From the NCBI GenBank assembly GCA_023818895.1, contig JAMWCX010000002.1:270001-302000 (forward strand): a DNA stretch of 32,000 nt. The letters are read 5' to 3'. Made by a program: the position numbers and the translations under genes. Below are positions 30,813 through 32,000 of this stretch, in pieces. The notes beneath the pieces are model-generated. The model had not been told where the DNA came from, made no database searches, and saw nothing but the letters and a program-made list of their open reading frames with translations. The stretch's first letter is position 1. Each line of letters opens with the position of its first letter. This DNA comes from Candidatus Omnitrophota bacterium. GTDB lineage: Bacteria; Omnitrophota; Gorgyraeia; 2-01-FULL-45-10.

Positions 30813-32000
30813 CGCTATTTTCCAAACGCTTGATTTTCTCGATAAGACTTTTATCCACTCCCCCGGTGGCCATCGCTCTAAGCCAAGCGCGTTTTGCCTT
30901 TGCGTGTTCGCCTTTCATGAAATAGGCGTTACCGAGGTTTATCAAAGCGTTTCTGTGGCCCGAATCGATCATAAGGGCTTTCCTGAAAGAGACAAGAGCG
31001 TCGTCGTACATCTTTTTCCTATAATACGCGACGCCGAGATTATTATAGATATCGCTGTGTTCTTTTATGGCAATGGCCTTTTTGAAATTCTTAATAGCAA
31101 GATCCTCAAGCCCAAGCGCGCTGTAGGCGTTACCCAGCGCATAATAAACTATCTGCGAATCGGGTTTTAACGAAGCCGCTCTTGATAACTCCTCTATTGC
31201 CATCGCGTAATAGGCGGCCGCCAACGACCTGTCCGAAAGCTCAAGCATTTTCGCCTTCTTGGCATAGGCGTAACCGAGATTGTAGTGAGCCTTGGGATGG
31301 TATGGCGATCGGTCTGCCTCGTGCATATAGAATGAGATCTCATCCCTCCACTCTATATTGCGCGCAATCGTGAGCAAGCCGTATATAACAAGAACTGTGA
31401 CGAGAAACGAAACCAAAATATATTTTAAGACCGTCGTCATAGAGGCTGAGGTATTCGTCCAAGAAAATAGCAGGCCAAACAGCCCCGCGAATCCTATTAT
31501 TGGAAGATATAGAAAACGCTCGGCTATTAATGCTTTGAAGGGCACTATATTATATACGGGGGCTAGCATAACAAAAAACCAAAGCATGAAAAAAGACACC
31601 ATTTTTTTTCGTCTGAATAAGATATAGATGACGATGACGGCAGATATTATTAGGATCGTGCCAAAAATCTCCTGCATCGCGAGAGGAGGCGGGGGGCCTT
31701 CATTATACTCGACTCTAAGTCGGACCGGCAAAACAAGAAGCCGCACATATGACGCAACCACGTTCAGAGCTATCAATATATTCTCACCACCCCCCCTTCC
31801 CCACCAATCAGACCTCTGCGCAATCGACCCTAACACTGAAAAGCGCGTTACTACATAAGCGGCCGCGACAAGAAAAAACGGGGCATAATTTTTTACATGG
31901 AATCGCGCGCCCTTTCTGGGCTCAAAGTGGGCGTCATATATAATAAAGCCGAGGGGCAGGGCTATAGCCATTTCCTTTGACATCAAACTTAGGGCAAACA
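30805..32000 (-). CDS. Polytopic membrane protein with C-terminal TPR repeats (TMTC/PMT-like glycosyltransferase family); probably 5'-truncated by the window edge
   Basis: The ORF stays open upstream of the track's TTG at 31986 (the frame continues F-A-L-S to nt 32000). It has several TM segments and an AERFLYLPIIGF motif typical of the DUF1736/TMTC region. At least five TPR units follow (HYNLGYAYAK..., YYALGNAYSALG..., YNNLGVAYYRKK..., LINLGNAYFMKG...). Confidence 0.65.
   Translation of the reverse strand, partial: FALSLMSKEMAIALPLGFIIYDAHFEPRKGARFHVKNYAPFFLVAAAYVVTRFSVLGSIAQRSDWWGRGGGENILIALNVVASYVRLLVLPVRLRVEYNEGPPPPLAMQEIFGTILIISAVIVIYILFRRKKMVSFFMLWFFVMLAPVYNIVPFKALIAERFLYLPIIGFAGLFGLLFSWTNTSASMTTVLKYILVSFLVTVLVIYGLLTIARNIEWRDEISFYMHEADRSPYHPKAHYNLGYAYAKKAKMLELSDRSLAAAYYAMAIEELSRAASLKPDSQIVYYALGNAYSALGLEDLAIKNFKKAIAIKEHSDIYNNLGVAYYRKKMYDDALVSFRKALMIDSGHRNALINLGNAYFMKGEHAKAKRAWLRAMATGGVDKSLIEKIKRLENSGD

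Noticed and set aside
1-32000. Search by eye for CRISPR repeats, tRNA or rRNA genes, IS or integrase genes, toxin-antitoxin pairs and known defence-system signatures
   Set aside because: None were found. There are no regularly spaced direct repeats, no tRNA-like GTTCGAATC-type T-arms in the intergenic gaps, and every sizeable ORF has a housekeeping or signalling assignment.

Overview
Gene-dense chromosomal window with 27 protein genes, 21 of them on the minus strand. Most neighbouring genes are under 50 nt apart or overlap by 1-8 nt. The content is core housekeeping of a diderm bacterium: lnt, lolD plus a LolC/E-type permease, lptE, a BamD-like TPR protein, murJ, secA, prfB (with its programmed +1 frameshift), lysS, ilvE, rpsT, holA, a shortened uvrC and an MGMT-domain gene. 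These sit alongside elements better known from Firmicutes: mcsA-mcsB, spoVG and the comEA-comEC...holA/rpsT gene order. The window also holds yraN, comM/yifB, an ECF sigma/anti-sigma pair, a PilZ receptor and a 1499-aa multi-sensor GGDEF/HD-GYP protein. Lineage cannot be assigned from sequence alone; my low-confidence guess is an uncultivated PVC/Omnitrophota-like diderm. I saw no rRNA, tRNA, CRISPR array, transposase, integrase, phage or recognisable defence genes, so I cannot honestly claim a new multi-gene system here. Four signals remain unexplained. (1) A ~215-nt highly structured orphan RNA on the minus strand, with its own promoter and terminator, in the only large intergenic gap (11547-12178). 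(2) A bipartite module TTG(A/C)(C/A)A-N18-(T/C)ATCTT present three times with identical spacing: before the ECF sigma gene (giving a leaderless mRNA), between sigma and anti-sigma, and before spoVG. (3) A BamD-like protein with a ~490-aa tail carrying about eleven W-x-P-F-x-F-[DE]-K-K motifs. (4) A c-di-GMP axis formed by the giant PocR-(GAF-PAS)x3-GGDEF-HD-GYP protein and a PilZ gene tucked behind comEA-comEC. All coordinates and counts were derived by hand from the sequence; no database search was possible.
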